Shown piece after piece: positions 10,119 through 20,400 of a stretch of 64,000 nt of DNA. Under the pieces are notes generated by a model. The model made no database searches. It was given only the letters and a program-made list of their open reading frames with translations, and was not told the DNA's origin. The stretch is from an uncultured Candidatus Saccharibacteria bacterium (GTDB lineage: Bacteria > Patescibacteriota > Dojkabacteria > SC72): the NCBI GenBank assembly GCA_964560525.1, contig CAZLLO010000003.1:9585-73584 (forward strand). Direction: 5' to 3'. The first letter of the stretch is position 1. Every line of letters starts with the position of its first letter. A program made the translations under genes and the position numbers.

Positions 10119-10589
10119 TTAATATCCCCAAGTTAAATGAATTATAATAATCGATTGTGCAATACTTGTTAAAAGTGTGCAAAGCAATACAAACTTAGTA
10201 AGTATCTTCTCTCGATTGTAATATTTTGCTGTAACAAAGAGGCCAACCAATATGTTAAATATGGTAATAGCGGGGAAGATAAAGAGAAGCCTCTTGTCTG
10301 CAAGACTATTGAGAGTGACAATGTAGTAATTTAGTACTGGTATGAGAGATGGAAGCTTTTCGTATGTTTGGTATATGATTAACCCTTGTTGCAAAGCCAT
10401 TACTATGTTAAAGACTAGTACAAACCAAAAGAAAGCATCTTTTAGAAATTTCTTAACTTCTAATTGTAAAAGGAGTCCATCCGTTTTTCCCTTTATCTTT
10501 AGGACTTTATTTTTGAATGGTTCTTTTATGCCTAGATCTAATTGTTTTACTTTTTCTTCCTTTACTTTAGGTTTAGGAGTACGTTTCAT
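10119..10589 (-). CDS. Hypothetical small membrane protein with a lysine-rich N-terminus
   Basis: ORF with 3 predicted TM segments; adjacent to the GT4 gene. Confidence 0.45.
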   Translation of the reverse strand: MKRTPKPKVKEEKVKQLDLGIKEPFKNKVLKIKGKTDGLLLQLEVKKFLKDAFFWFVLVFNIVMALQQGLIIYQTYEKLPSLIPVLNYYIVTLNSLADKRLLFIFPAITIFNILVGLFVTAKYYNREKILTKFVLLCTLLTSIAQSIIIIHLTWGY

Positions 10590-10608
10590 TTTCCAATTAT
10601 ATCAAACT

Positions 10609-11349
10609 CTAGGATAGGTTGGTAAAAATATCTATGTACTGCTCTAATGTAAGCTCAGAGGGGCGTTTCGTGAGTAAGGCGAGATATTTTTCATCAATAT
10701 CTCTTCCCTTGAGGTTGTTTCTTAAAGTTTTTCTTGGAGATTTGAAGCTTTGTTCTACAAAAGAAAGAAATTTTTGGATATCAAAAGCATATACACTATT
10801 TAATGGTGAGAATGTAACATAGCTACTAGTTACTTTTGGGCTTGGCATGAAAGAACCAGGACTAATATCTAATATTTTCTTCACATTTGCATACAGCTGT
10901 GTACGTAATGATAATATATTGTTGTCTGGTGCCTTTGCAGTATATTTCTCGGCTACTTCTTTTTGGATTATGAAATATGCGGAACTATTGAAAAAGAGAG
11001 AAGCTATTATCTTTTGTATAATTGGCTTACTGACGTTGTATGGAAGGGAACCAAAGAATGTTATTTTTTTATTCTTAAACTGTTCTAACTCTGTCATATC
11101 CCAATCAAGAAAGTCTTGATTAAGTATGATTGTTGCTGGATATTCTTCCTGTAGACTTCTTGCTAACTCATCATCCTTTTCAATTAACAGTAGATTAGAG
11201 GATAGATTACGAAGCTTCTTGGTAAAGAAACCTCTTCCAGGGCCAACTTCTACGATAATATCGGGATTATCTTTCTCAACATATTGAATAATCTGCTTTC
11301 CAAGATTTTCATTTATGAAGAAGTTCTGCCCAAGTGATTTCTTTATCAT
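10609..11349 (-). CDS. rsmA: 16S rRNA (adenine1518/1519-N6)-dimethyltransferase
   Basis: KSLGQNFF motif and the VEVGPGRG SAM-binding motif. Confidence 0.9.
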   Translation of the reverse strand: MIKKSLGQNFFINENLGKQIIQYVEKDNPDIIVEVGPGRGFFTKKLRNLSSNLLLIEKDDELARSLQEEYPATIILNQDFLDWDMTELEQFKNKKITFFGSLPYNVSKPIIQKIIASLFFNSSAYFIIQKEVAEKYTAKAPDNNILSLRTQLYANVKKILDISPGSFMPSPKVTSSYVTFSPLNSVYAFDIQKFLSFVEQSFKSPRKTLRNNLKGRDIDEKYLALLTKRPSELTLEQYIDIFTNLS

Positions 11350-11350
11350 T

Positions 11351-12280
11351 TTAATCTATTCTAAAATCCCAAATATTTTCTTTCTTAGAGTATTCTCTCT
11401 TACATTCTTCACATACAGCTTTGTTGTTACTAAATTTCAAGGTTCCGTGGCACTGTGGGCATACTAAGATATCTTCCAACTTACCACTTTTCACTTTTGG
11501 CATAGCAGCTTTTGTAGCTATAGCTTCAAATATTACACTAGGTGGAAAATTTGTAAAGGAAAAGAGTGTTTGTAAAGCATATTCAATTCTTAAAAGAATA
11601 TTATCTCCAAGCATCTTTTTTAATTTGGGAGATCTTAAATATGAACATCCATGCTTTGATTGTATCTTGAATCCATTGTTTCTGAGGCTTTCTCTGACAT
11701 ATGCAGGATGAAAATTGACAAAGATAGTCTGTTCCCCAGTCTTTGTGCCCTCAAAATTCATTGAAGTTGGTTGTTGATATGGAGCTTTTGAAAGTAGACT
11801 TAGATTTAGGTGGAATATAGCCCTAAATACTGCTTTAACATTAACTTTGTTTGCAAATTCCTGAATATATGTTGCTTGACTTGCAAGTATTCGATTTAAT
11901 TCTTTGAAGTATGTTTGTGGTTCTAGTATGTGATGTAGGACTCTTACCATTATTGCACCATCAAAAGAACCCTGCCTGAAGGGCATGTGGTATGCGTTAG
12001 CTGCGATTAATTCAATATTTGGGTACTTCTTCTTTAGTGTGGGGTAATTGCGCTGTAGAGTCTTAAGCGAGTAATCAAGGATAACGGGGGATGAGTACTT
12101 ATCGTAGTATGTAGATGCCAATCTCCCGTAAGAACCACCTATATCTAAAAACCAATTTCCTTTCTTGTTTAAAAATAGTTTGTTAAAAATATGTCTTTCA
12201 GCTTTGTCTTCATATATACGTGCTTTCCAGTAAGAAGCATAATCATAGTCAAAAAGATCGTAATCAGATACTCTTGTCAT
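11351..12280 (-). CDS. Class I SAM-dependent methyltransferase fused to a C-terminal Trm112-like zinc ribbon
   Basis: LDIGGSYGRL motif I; C-terminal CPQCHGTLKF...CEECKREY Trm112-like CxxC...CxxC ribbon. Confidence 0.75.
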   Translation of the reverse strand: MTRVSDYDLFDYDYASYWKARIYEDKAERHIFNKLFLNKKGNWFLDIGGSYGRLASTYYDKYSSPVILDYSLKTLQRNYPTLKKKYPNIELIAANAYHMPFRQGSFDGAIMVRVLHHILEPQTYFKELNRILASQATYIQEFANKVNVKAVFRAIFHLNLSLLSKAPYQQPTSMNFEGTKTGEQTIFVNFHPAYVRESLRNNGFKIQSKHGCSYLRSPKLKKMLGDNILLRIEYALQTLFSFTNFPPSVIFEAIATKAAMPKVKSGKLEDILVCPQCHGTLKFSNNKAVCEECKREYSKKENIWDFRID

Positions 12281-13996
12281 TTAGGTAGTTTTTAACAGTT
12301 TAGTTATTTTCATCATTTGCTGCATGAGCTTTTCTGTTTTAACAGAGTCATTGCTTTCTTCGGCCATCGCTATTCTAGCACTTAATGTCTTTTGTCGTCT
12401 TGTAAGATAGTCTTTCTTTAATCTTTGCATTACAGTAGCCAATTGCTTCTCAATGTCTTCTTCTATTTCTGTAGATCTAAATATAATCTCTTCGATCAAA
12501 ATCTTCTGTGTTGAATCATTATTAAATAGCGAGACAATATCTTTAATATCTCTTTTTCCAGAGTGTTTGATCATGAGATACATTTCTCGAAGCATAGGGG
12601 ATGAAATATATCTACTTGGAATATGATATTTGCCCATATCTCCGTCTGCGTATATCAATAATTGCAGATACATTTTTTCTAACAAATCACTATTTGATTT
12701 CACGAGAAAGCCTTTAGTGTTAGTACTTGTGCTATTCTGTTTCTTGTTTACGTACTTTGGTTCGGTAATATCAAGCTTTGTGAGTAATTTTACCTTTTCA
12801 GTATAGTGTTTTAGAAGTGTAGCATTTGTAATATGACTAAACAGGTCTTTAATAAAGAGTTGCGTTTGTGTCAGGTCTTCTAGTTTATTAAGATCTTTGT
12901 CCTGTAGGTAGTTAGTTAATATGTATGAGAACGCTTCTTGCTTATTTTCAATTAGTGTTGCTAATTTCTTTTCATCTTTCTGGAGCATCTCGTCAATATC
13001 TTTGTATGGTGATGCATTGGCTGTATATGGGTAGAGATTAAGCTCGGAGGCTAGTTTAAAGGCTCTAACTATTGCTGCCTGACCAGCACTGTCGCTATTG
13101 AAAAACAGAAGAATGTTTCTACTTAAACGAGAGAGATTCTCTAATTGCTCTTTTGTTAATCCTGTCCCAAGTGGAGCGACTATGTTTCTCACTCCATATT
13201 GGTGTGCTGCTATGACTTCTGCCTGTCCCTCGCATAGTATTGCTAGGTCGTTTTTGCGAATCTCCTGACGAGATTCGTATTGCCCAAAAAGATTATCTTT
13301 CTTGTGAAATATAGGTGAGTCTGGGGAATTCATATATTTAGGGCCATAATCATTGCCAGGTAGAATTCTACCCGAAAAACCAATAACAGATCCTTTTGTA
13401 GAACGTATTGGGAACATTATTCTATCGTAGAACTTTTCCTTTAAAATGCCATTTTTATCAACAAATAGACCAGAGGTAATTAACTCTTCTTTTGTGTATT
13501 TATTTACACTCTTTTTGATATATTCCGTAAGCTTTGGATATCTTGGAGCATATCCAATGCCAAATTGTTTAATAGATTCTTCTGAAAACCCACGCCCTTT
13601 TATATACTGTGAAGCAATGGTGCTTTTTCGGAATTCATTATAGTAGTACTTCGCTGCTAAATAGTTTATATCTTCTAGTCTTGAATACTTAGGATTTTTT
13701 TGAAACTTCTTTAGTTCTACACCTGCTTGTTTGGCTAGTTTCTCAAGTGCTTCTGGGAAGTCAAGGTTTTCAATCTTTTGTACAAAGTTAAAAATATCTC
13801 CTGTCTCTCCACATCCGAAGCATTTATATCTTTGTATATCAGGGCTCACGATGAATGAGGGTGTCTTTTCATGATGGAATGGGCATAATCCAGAGAAATT
13901 TTTACCAGATTGTTTTAGATGAACATATTTCTCAACGACCTGTACAATATCAAGTCGGTTTTTTATCTCTTCTATTTGATTAGAATCATTATCCAT
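12281..13996 (-). CDS. dnaG: DNA primase
   Basis: CHC2 zinc finger (CPFHHEKTPSF...CFGCGETGD) and a TOPRIM region (LCEGQAEV). Confidence 0.9.
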   Translation of the reverse strand: MDNDSNQIEEIKNRLDIVQVVEKYVHLKQSGKNFSGLCPFHHEKTPSFIVSPDIQRYKCFGCGETGDIFNFVQKIENLDFPEALEKLAKQAGVELKKFQKNPKYSRLEDINYLAAKYYYNEFRKSTIASQYIKGRGFSEESIKQFGIGYAPRYPKLTEYIKKSVNKYTKEELITSGLFVDKNGILKEKFYDRIMFPIRSTKGSVIGFSGRILPGNDYGPKYMNSPDSPIFHKKDNLFGQYESRQEIRKNDLAILCEGQAEVIAAHQYGVRNIVAPLGTGLTKEQLENLSRLSRNILLFFNSDSAGQAAIVRAFKLASELNLYPYTANASPYKDIDEMLQKDEKKLATLIENKQEAFSYILTNYLQDKDLNKLEDLTQTQLFIKDLFSHITNATLLKHYTEKVKLLTKLDITEPKYVNKKQNSTSTNTKGFLVKSNSDLLEKMYLQLLIYADGDMGKYHIPSRYISSPMLREMYLMIKHSGKRDIKDIVSLFNNDSTQKILIEEIIFRSTEIEEDIEKQLATVMQRLKKDYLTRRQKTLSARIAMAEESNDSVKTEKLMQQMMKITKLLKTT

Positions 13997-14028
13997 ATAT
14001 TGATTATAGCATCTTACTAGGGGAAGTT

Positions 14029-14958
14029 TTATTCACACTTGAGCGTTTGCTCTTCTATGGTACATGTTATTTCTGCAACACCTGTTGTACTATTTGTTTT
14101 CCAAGTTAATGGCTCGTCATTCATATATATATTTGTGTTTTTTACCTTACCAGTAATAATGTAAAATTTCTGTTTTACATCATATGTTTGTTTAGATGGT
14201 TGTACTACCTGTGCTAGTTTGTTTTTATTATCTATATCAAGTTTTATCCAAGAAGAGGAATCTTTGACTTCAACTGTTAGGGTAAAGGTTTTCTCAACTG
14301 GTTGTGCATTTGGATCTATTTCTGGTTTTGTATATGTAATTTTTCTAATCTCTACAGTTTCCAACACGTTATTACTATTCCTTTTTGCTTTTATGGTTAT
14401 TATGTTGATTCCTTCTTTTAGTGTCATATCTTTTTGAAAGTTTCCATGATCATCTACATCTGTAGCAGAATCGTTAATTTCTATGGTGGCGTCAGTGGCT
14501 GTGGTTCCTTTTACAGTAAGTAATTCTTGGTTTGTTATGCTCTCATTTATGGGTTGCTCAATATTTAATTTGGGTGGGCTTTGAAATTTGTATATTTGAA
14601 AACCAATATATCCTAATACGGCGATCAAAAACATTACTGAAAGGATGGTTACAATGTTTTTAGGTGTTAAGAAGTTGCTTTTGAAGCTGAAAAGCTTACT
14701 CTTTTTCTCAAATTTGATCTTTCTTTGTGGTTTACTTCGCCTATATATGGCTAGTATTTTCTCTGTATCAAGGTCCAAATATTTTGAATATATTTTGATG
14801 AAGCCTGTTAGGAAAATTTCTGAATCAAATTTATCAAAATCATTAGATTCTATGTATTGTAGAAAACGTTTTTGAATTTTGGTTTCTTGAGAAGCAAGGT
14901 CTAAGCTTCTACCAAGGGTTCCTCTTTTCTCTTTTAAAACTTCACCTGCGGTTATCAT
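14029..14958 (-). CDS. RodZ-like protein (HTH_25 domain, TM segment, DUF4115-like C-terminal domain)
   Basis: N-terminal HTH (TAGEVLKEKRGTLGRSLDLASQETKIQKRFLQYIE), a single TM, and a beta-rich C-terminus. Confidence 0.6.
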   Translation of the reverse strand: MITAGEVLKEKRGTLGRSLDLASQETKIQKRFLQYIESNDFDKFDSEIFLTGFIKIYSKYLDLDTEKILAIYRRSKPQRKIKFEKKSKLFSFKSNFLTPKNIVTILSVMFLIAVLGYIGFQIYKFQSPPKLNIEQPINESITNQELLTVKGTTATDATIEINDSATDVDDHGNFQKDMTLKEGINIITIKAKRNSNNVLETVEIRKITYTKPEIDPNAQPVEKTFTLTVEVKDSSSWIKLDIDNKNKLAQVVQPSKQTYDVKQKFYIITGKVKNTNIYMNDEPLTWKTNSTTGVAEITCTIEEQTLKCE

Positions 14959-14975
14959 ATTGCCAATTCTACTAC

Positions 14976-17210
14976 TTATTCACCGAACTCGTCACTACTT
15001 GATTGGGAAGTTTTCAGAATTTGACTTGGTGATGATACTAAAACTTGTCTAGGCTTACTTCCATCTTGTGGACCGATGGCGCCTGCATCATAGAGTTCAT
15101 CTATTAACCTTGCGGCCTTGTTGTAACCTATTTTCATTTTTCTCTGCAAGAATGATGATGATGCCTTTTGATTATTAATGACAATTTCTAAGGCTACTGG
15201 GAAATCAGGATCTCTTTCAGTACTTCCATTTGCACCAGAGGTAGATGGACCTTTTTCTATTGCTTGTGCTAAATCCTCAGAATATTCTACATCCTCTTCG
15301 TTTACCTGCTCTTTTACTGCATTTATTACATTGTCACCATCTTGAGTAGATGTAAACGTACCTTGGATTCTTACTGGTTTTGGAGTTGTTTGATCCTTGA
15401 AGAGCATATCACCGTTTCCAAGTAGTGTTTCTGCACCTGTATCGTCTAGGATAACTCTTGAATCCATAGCTGTAGCTACTGCAAAGGCCATTCTTCCTGG
15501 GACATTTGCTTTGATTAGTCCAGTAATGACATTAACGGTTGGTCTTTGCGTTGCAAGTATTAGATGCACACCAACGGCTCTTCCCATTTGTGCAAGTCTT
15601 TGAATCTTTGCTTCTACATCTACACCTGAGGTAAGCATTAAGTCTGCCATTTCATCTATTACTACTATGATATATGGCATTGCAGTATATCCAAGTATTT
15701 TGTTGTATTCAGTTAATTTCTTAGCGTGTACTTGTTTTAATTGTCTGTATCTCCTCATCATTTCGTCTATTGTCCATTGTAGAGCGTTGACGACTAGCTC
15801 CATGTCTGTAATCACGGGATTGAGTAAATGAGGAATCCCATTATATGCTGCCATCTCTACACCCATCTTAGGATCAATCATGATGAACTTAACCTCGTCA
15901 GGTGTTTTAGTCATTAGAAGTCCTGTTATTAATGAGTTAATAGCTACGGATTTACCAGTACCTGTAGCTCCAGCTACTAAAAGATGTGGAATTTTACTTA
16001 GATCTCTAATTGCAGTTTTACCAGTAATGTCTTTCCCAAGTATTAATGGTAATTCATATTTTTCTGATTCCTGCCTCAGTTTCTTTATCATATCTCTTGT
16101 ATATACATAGTTTGGAGTTGGATTTGGAATTTCTACACCTACATATGAAGTACCTGGAATAGGAGCTTCCACTCTTACGGATGATGATTGAGAAGCTAAT
16201 GCTAAAGCTAGGTCGTTACTAAGATTTTTAATTCTTGAAACCTTGATACCGACGCTAATTCCTAAAGAGAACCTCAAAACTGTTGGTCCTACGGCGATTT
16301 CTACTACTTTTGCAGGAATGCCAAAGCTTTTTAATGTTTGTTCTATGACCAAAGCTTTCTTTTTGTAGAGCGTAGCATCTTGCTTTTGTACTTCTCCCTC
16401 CTGCAGTATATCTATATTTGGAAATACCCAGTTCGTAAACTTTGGTCTTGCAGGTTCTGAAAGCTCTTTAGTTGTTGTTTGAGAATCAGGGAGATCTTCT
16501 GGAAACTCATCTTGCTGTTGTGTTCTAATCTCAGGTTCTTTGTATACTTCTTCTTCCTTTCGACCATCTTGCTCGTCATACATCTTGATTTGAGGTTCTT
16601 TCTCCATATCTTCCATAGGGAGATTGATATTGGAGGGAGTATTATCATTTTCAACACTAAATCTAGAGAAAAATTCTCTAAAGCTAAATTTCCCATTTGA
16701 ATCTTTGTTCATGGGTGTTTCTACAAACTGCATAATCTGCTCTAGTGTTGTACCAGTTATTAAGGAGAAGGCAATTATTAAGAGAATTAATACTATTATT
16801 ATCTCAATCAAATTCCCAAACATCCCATTGAGAGCTAGATGGAACATTTTTCCAATCTCTCCTCCTGCTCCGCGTAGTGCTTCTTCACTATTTAGTTGGT
16901 CGGCTGTTTGCCAAAAGGATAGCAATGTACTCAAACATGCAGAGAAAAGAAGTAAACCACCAGATTGTCTTAATGATTTAAACTTCTTACTTCTTGTCAA
17001 CAAAAAGAAAGATAGATATATGAGTAATATCCCCCATGAAATGGAAGAATATCCAAGCTTAAGTGTTATACCATCAAAAAGGGGTGTTTCTTGAGGTATG
17101 AAAGAGGACAATGCAATTGTTAGGCCAAGCACAAAAAGTATTATCCCAAAGAGAATTCTTACTTCGCTACTTTGAATTGTTATTGGCTCTTTTTTCTTTT
17201 TTCTGGGCAT
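14976..17210 (-). CDS. ftsK: DNA translocase FtsK/SpoIIIE
   Basis: N-terminal TM segments; Walker A GATGTGKS; Walker B IVVIDEMADL; C-terminal gamma-like domain. The ATG at 17210 is the preferred start over the ORF-track TTG at 17216. Confidence 0.9.
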   Translation of the reverse strand: MPRKKKKEPITIQSSEVRILFGIILFVLGLTIALSSFIPQETPLFDGITLKLGYSSISWGILLIYLSFFLLTRSKKFKSLRQSGGLLLFSACLSTLLSFWQTADQLNSEEALRGAGGEIGKMFHLALNGMFGNLIEIIIVLILLIIAFSLITGTTLEQIMQFVETPMNKDSNGKFSFREFFSRFSVENDNTPSNINLPMEDMEKEPQIKMYDEQDGRKEEEVYKEPEIRTQQQDEFPEDLPDSQTTTKELSEPARPKFTNWVFPNIDILQEGEVQKQDATLYKKKALVIEQTLKSFGIPAKVVEIAVGPTVLRFSLGISVGIKVSRIKNLSNDLALALASQSSSVRVEAPIPGTSYVGVEIPNPTPNYVYTRDMIKKLRQESEKYELPLILGKDITGKTAIRDLSKIPHLLVAGATGTGKSVAINSLITGLLMTKTPDEVKFIMIDPKMGVEMAAYNGIPHLLNPVITDMELVVNALQWTIDEMMRRYRQLKQVHAKKLTEYNKILGYTAMPYIIVVIDEMADLMLTSGVDVEAKIQRLAQMGRAVGVHLILATQRPTVNVITGLIKANVPGRMAFAVATAMDSRVILDDTGAETLLGNGDMLFKDQTTPKPVRIQGTFTSTQDGDNVINAVKEQVNEEDVEYSEDLAQAIEKGPSTSGANGSTERDPDFPVALEIVINNQKASSSFLQRKMKIGYNKAARLIDELYDAGAIGPQDGSKPRQVLVSSPSQILKTSQSSSDEFGE

Positions 17211-17313
17211 TTTCAAGTATATAATAAAGTAAATTTGAGATTTTTACAAAGTACATATATACCATACAATACAGAAGGTTTTAAGGGAATAGTGAAAAGA
17301 GTGTTAAAAACCT

Positions 17314-17342
17314 TTGACTAATACATATAAATGTGTTAATAT
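17314..17342 (+). promoter_or_regulatory. Sigma-70 promoter for rpoBC, followed by a leader of about 110 nt
   Basis: TTGACT -35 box, a 17-nt spacer, then a TAATAT -10 box. Confidence 0.55.
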
Positions 17343-17458
17343 CCTTCGAGTTCCTAAGTTTTTGCGTTACAATGCGGTATATTTACTATGGTTCGCAGGA
17401 ATCATAATCCGCTTGCATGCAAGAGTAATATGTTATAACATTACTAAAATATCGTCTT

Positions 17459-20400
17459 ATGATCAAACCTCAAAGTAATAGGTCCGGTAGAATAGATTTG
17501 GGACTAGGGTACTCTTCGGGTACAGACTTCCCAAGCTTAATTGAAGCACAAAATGCTTCATTTTTAGATTTTTACAAAGTTGGATTCCAAAGGCTTTTCT
17601 CAGAGATAAATCCTGTTAAGGATACTATGGAGAAGATGTGGACACTGGAGTTCAAAGATTTCCGATTTGGTAAGCCATATAGAACCATAGAAGAAGCTAT
17701 TGCTAAGGGCTTGTCATATGAGGAACCTGTATATGCAAAAGTTCAATTACTTAATAATAAGACTGGAGAAATAAAAGAGCAGGAAATTTTCATCGCTGAT
17801 TTGCCAATAATGACTGAAGATGGTGTATTTGTATTTAATGGTGTTAGAAGAGTTGTTACTCACCAGATCGTTAGAGCTGAGGGTGTTTTGTATGAGGTAG
17901 ACGAGAAATTACCAACAAGAACATTACACAAGGTTAGATTAATGCCTGGTAGAGGTCCATGGTATGAGATTGATACTAACAAGCACAATGTTATATCAAT
18001 GAGAGTGCTTCCTAAGCGACCTAAGGTTTTGATTACTGAGCTTTTGAGAATATTTGGATGGGAAACAGATGATGAAATTAGAAAATTGTTTGCAGATGTA
18101 GATACAGATGCGGAGAACAAATATATAGAGGCAACATTAGCAAGAGATTTCACAAAGAGTAAGGAAGAGGCAGTTATCAGTGTTTACAACAAATTAAGAC
18201 CAGACGAGTCTGTCACTATAGATAGTGCAGAGAAATATATTAAGAGTAACTTCTTTAATGTTAGAAAGTTTGATCTAGGTAGAATTGGTAGATACCAGTT
18301 AAACAGAAAATTAGGTACTTCATACAATATAGATAATCCTGATGAAGTAATGCTATACCCTAAGGATGTAGTTTTGATTGTTAAGAGATTAATCCAGATC
18401 AATAATGGTGTAATCCCTGCTGATGATATCGATCACCTATGTAATAGAAGAATTAGAAGTGTTGGAGAAATATTAGAGAGACAGTTAAATGCTGGAATCA
18501 GAAGACTAGAGAAAAATATTAAGGATAAAATGAGTTTGTATGGCCAAGATGCTAAGGTCACTCCTTCTATGTTAGTTGGAACTAAGCCAATCGCAGCTTC
18601 CATTCAATCATTCTTTGGAGCAAATGCATTATCAAGCTTCATGGATCAGACCAATATCCTTTCTGAATTAGAGAATAAGAGAAAAGTAACTGCAGGTGGT
18701 CCTGGTGGTATCACAAAAGAGAGAGCAACTTTCTCAATTCGTGAAGTCCACAATTCACACTACTCAAAGTTTGACCCAGTAACCAGTCCTGAAAGTGCAA
18801 ATATTGGTGTTGTTACTCAACTCGCAATGTTAGCTAGAATCAATGAATTTGGTTTCTTAGAAGCACCATATAGAAGAGTTGTTAAATGTGTAAAGAATAA
18901 TAAAGCAGTATTGGAAAATAGAATTCTTTCAGAAGCAGTTGTTTCTAACAAGAAAACAGTTGCAAAGGCAGGTACAACAATAGATAAAGCGTTAGCAGAA
19001 AAAATTGCAGCAATCAAAGATATTAAAGAAGTAAAAGTTAAACCTTTCATCTCTGATGAAGTCGTTTACTTTGATGCTATGGATGAAGAAGGCTTCTATA
19101 TCTCTTCTGCAACTGTTAAAGCAGATGAGTGTGGAAATATTACAGATAAATTAGTACCTGTAAGACACAAGGGTGACTTTGTATTGGAAGATGTAGATGC
19201 AGTTGATTTTGTTGATGTATTAGCAGGTCAGCAAGCAGGTCTTGGTATGGCATTGGTTCCATTTGTATCACACAATGACGCAATGAGAGCCTTAACTGGT
19301 GCAAACCAACAGAGACAGGCTGTTCCTTTGGTAAAACAAGAAAGTCCATTAATTGGTACTGGAATGGAAGAAACAGTTGCAAGACAATCTTCATGGGGGA
19401 TCTTTGCTGAGGATGATGGAGAGGTTTACTATGTTGATGCTAAGAAACTATCTGTTAAATACAAGAAATTAGGGTTAAAAGACTATGATTTAATCTCTTT
19501 CTACAGAAGTAATGACAATACATGCTTCACACAAAAGCCAGCTATAAATGCAGGAGATACATTTAAAAAAGGTGATGCATTGGTTGATGGTCCCACAATG
19601 GTAAATGGAGAACTCTCATTGGGCATCAACTTGAAAGCAGCATTAATGTTCTACGAAGGATATAATTATGAGGATTCAGTAATCATCTCCGAGAGAATTG
19701 TACGAGATGACCTACTAACCTCTGTTCATATTAGAGAACATACCGTTGCTGTACGTGATACAGAATTAGGTCCTGAGACAATTACTGCAGATATTCCTCA
19801 TGTAAATGACAGAATTCTACAAAAATTAGATATGCAAGGTATTGTTAGAACAGGTGTTAAAGTTAAAGCAGGTGATATTCTCGTAGGTGTAGTTGCACCA
19901 AGAGGAGAAAAAGAATTAACAGCTGAAGAGCGATTACTAAGAGCAATCTTCGGAGAATCTGCAAGTGATGTTAGAGATAACTCACTTAGAATGCCTCACG
20001 GAGAAGAAGGAATTGTTGTTAGAAGCCAGATATTGTCGGCAAGTAAGGGTGATAAATTACAGCCAGGAGTATTACACGAAGTAAAAGTCTGGGTTGCAGA
20101 TACCAAGAAAGTTGACTATGGTGACAAATTAGCAGGAAGACACGGAGACAAGAACACAATCGCAGCTATCAGACCTATTGAAGATATGCCATTTACTGAA
20201 GATGGAGAACCTGTTGATATTGTACTAACACCAACATTCTTAAAGAGAATGAACATGGGACAGGCAACAGAAGTTCACTTTGGAAGGTATGCTAAAGAGT
20301 TAAATCAGAAACTTTCGTTCCCAATCTTTGAAGGTGAAAATCTTGAATGGTTGAAGAATGAGATGGAAAAAGCGAAGTTAAATATGGATCAGAAAGTTGA

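Noticed and set aside
9378-10136. 252-aa plus-strand ORF antisense to the MraY/WecA-like gene, and similar long antisense ORFs (5764-6399, 16624-17094, 7468-7965, 41649-41861 and others)
   Set aside because: They lie entirely inside strongly supported genes on the opposite strand. They show low-complexity, Ser/Leu-rich translations typical of antisense frames in AT-rich DNA. They have no ribosome-binding sites and no motifs.
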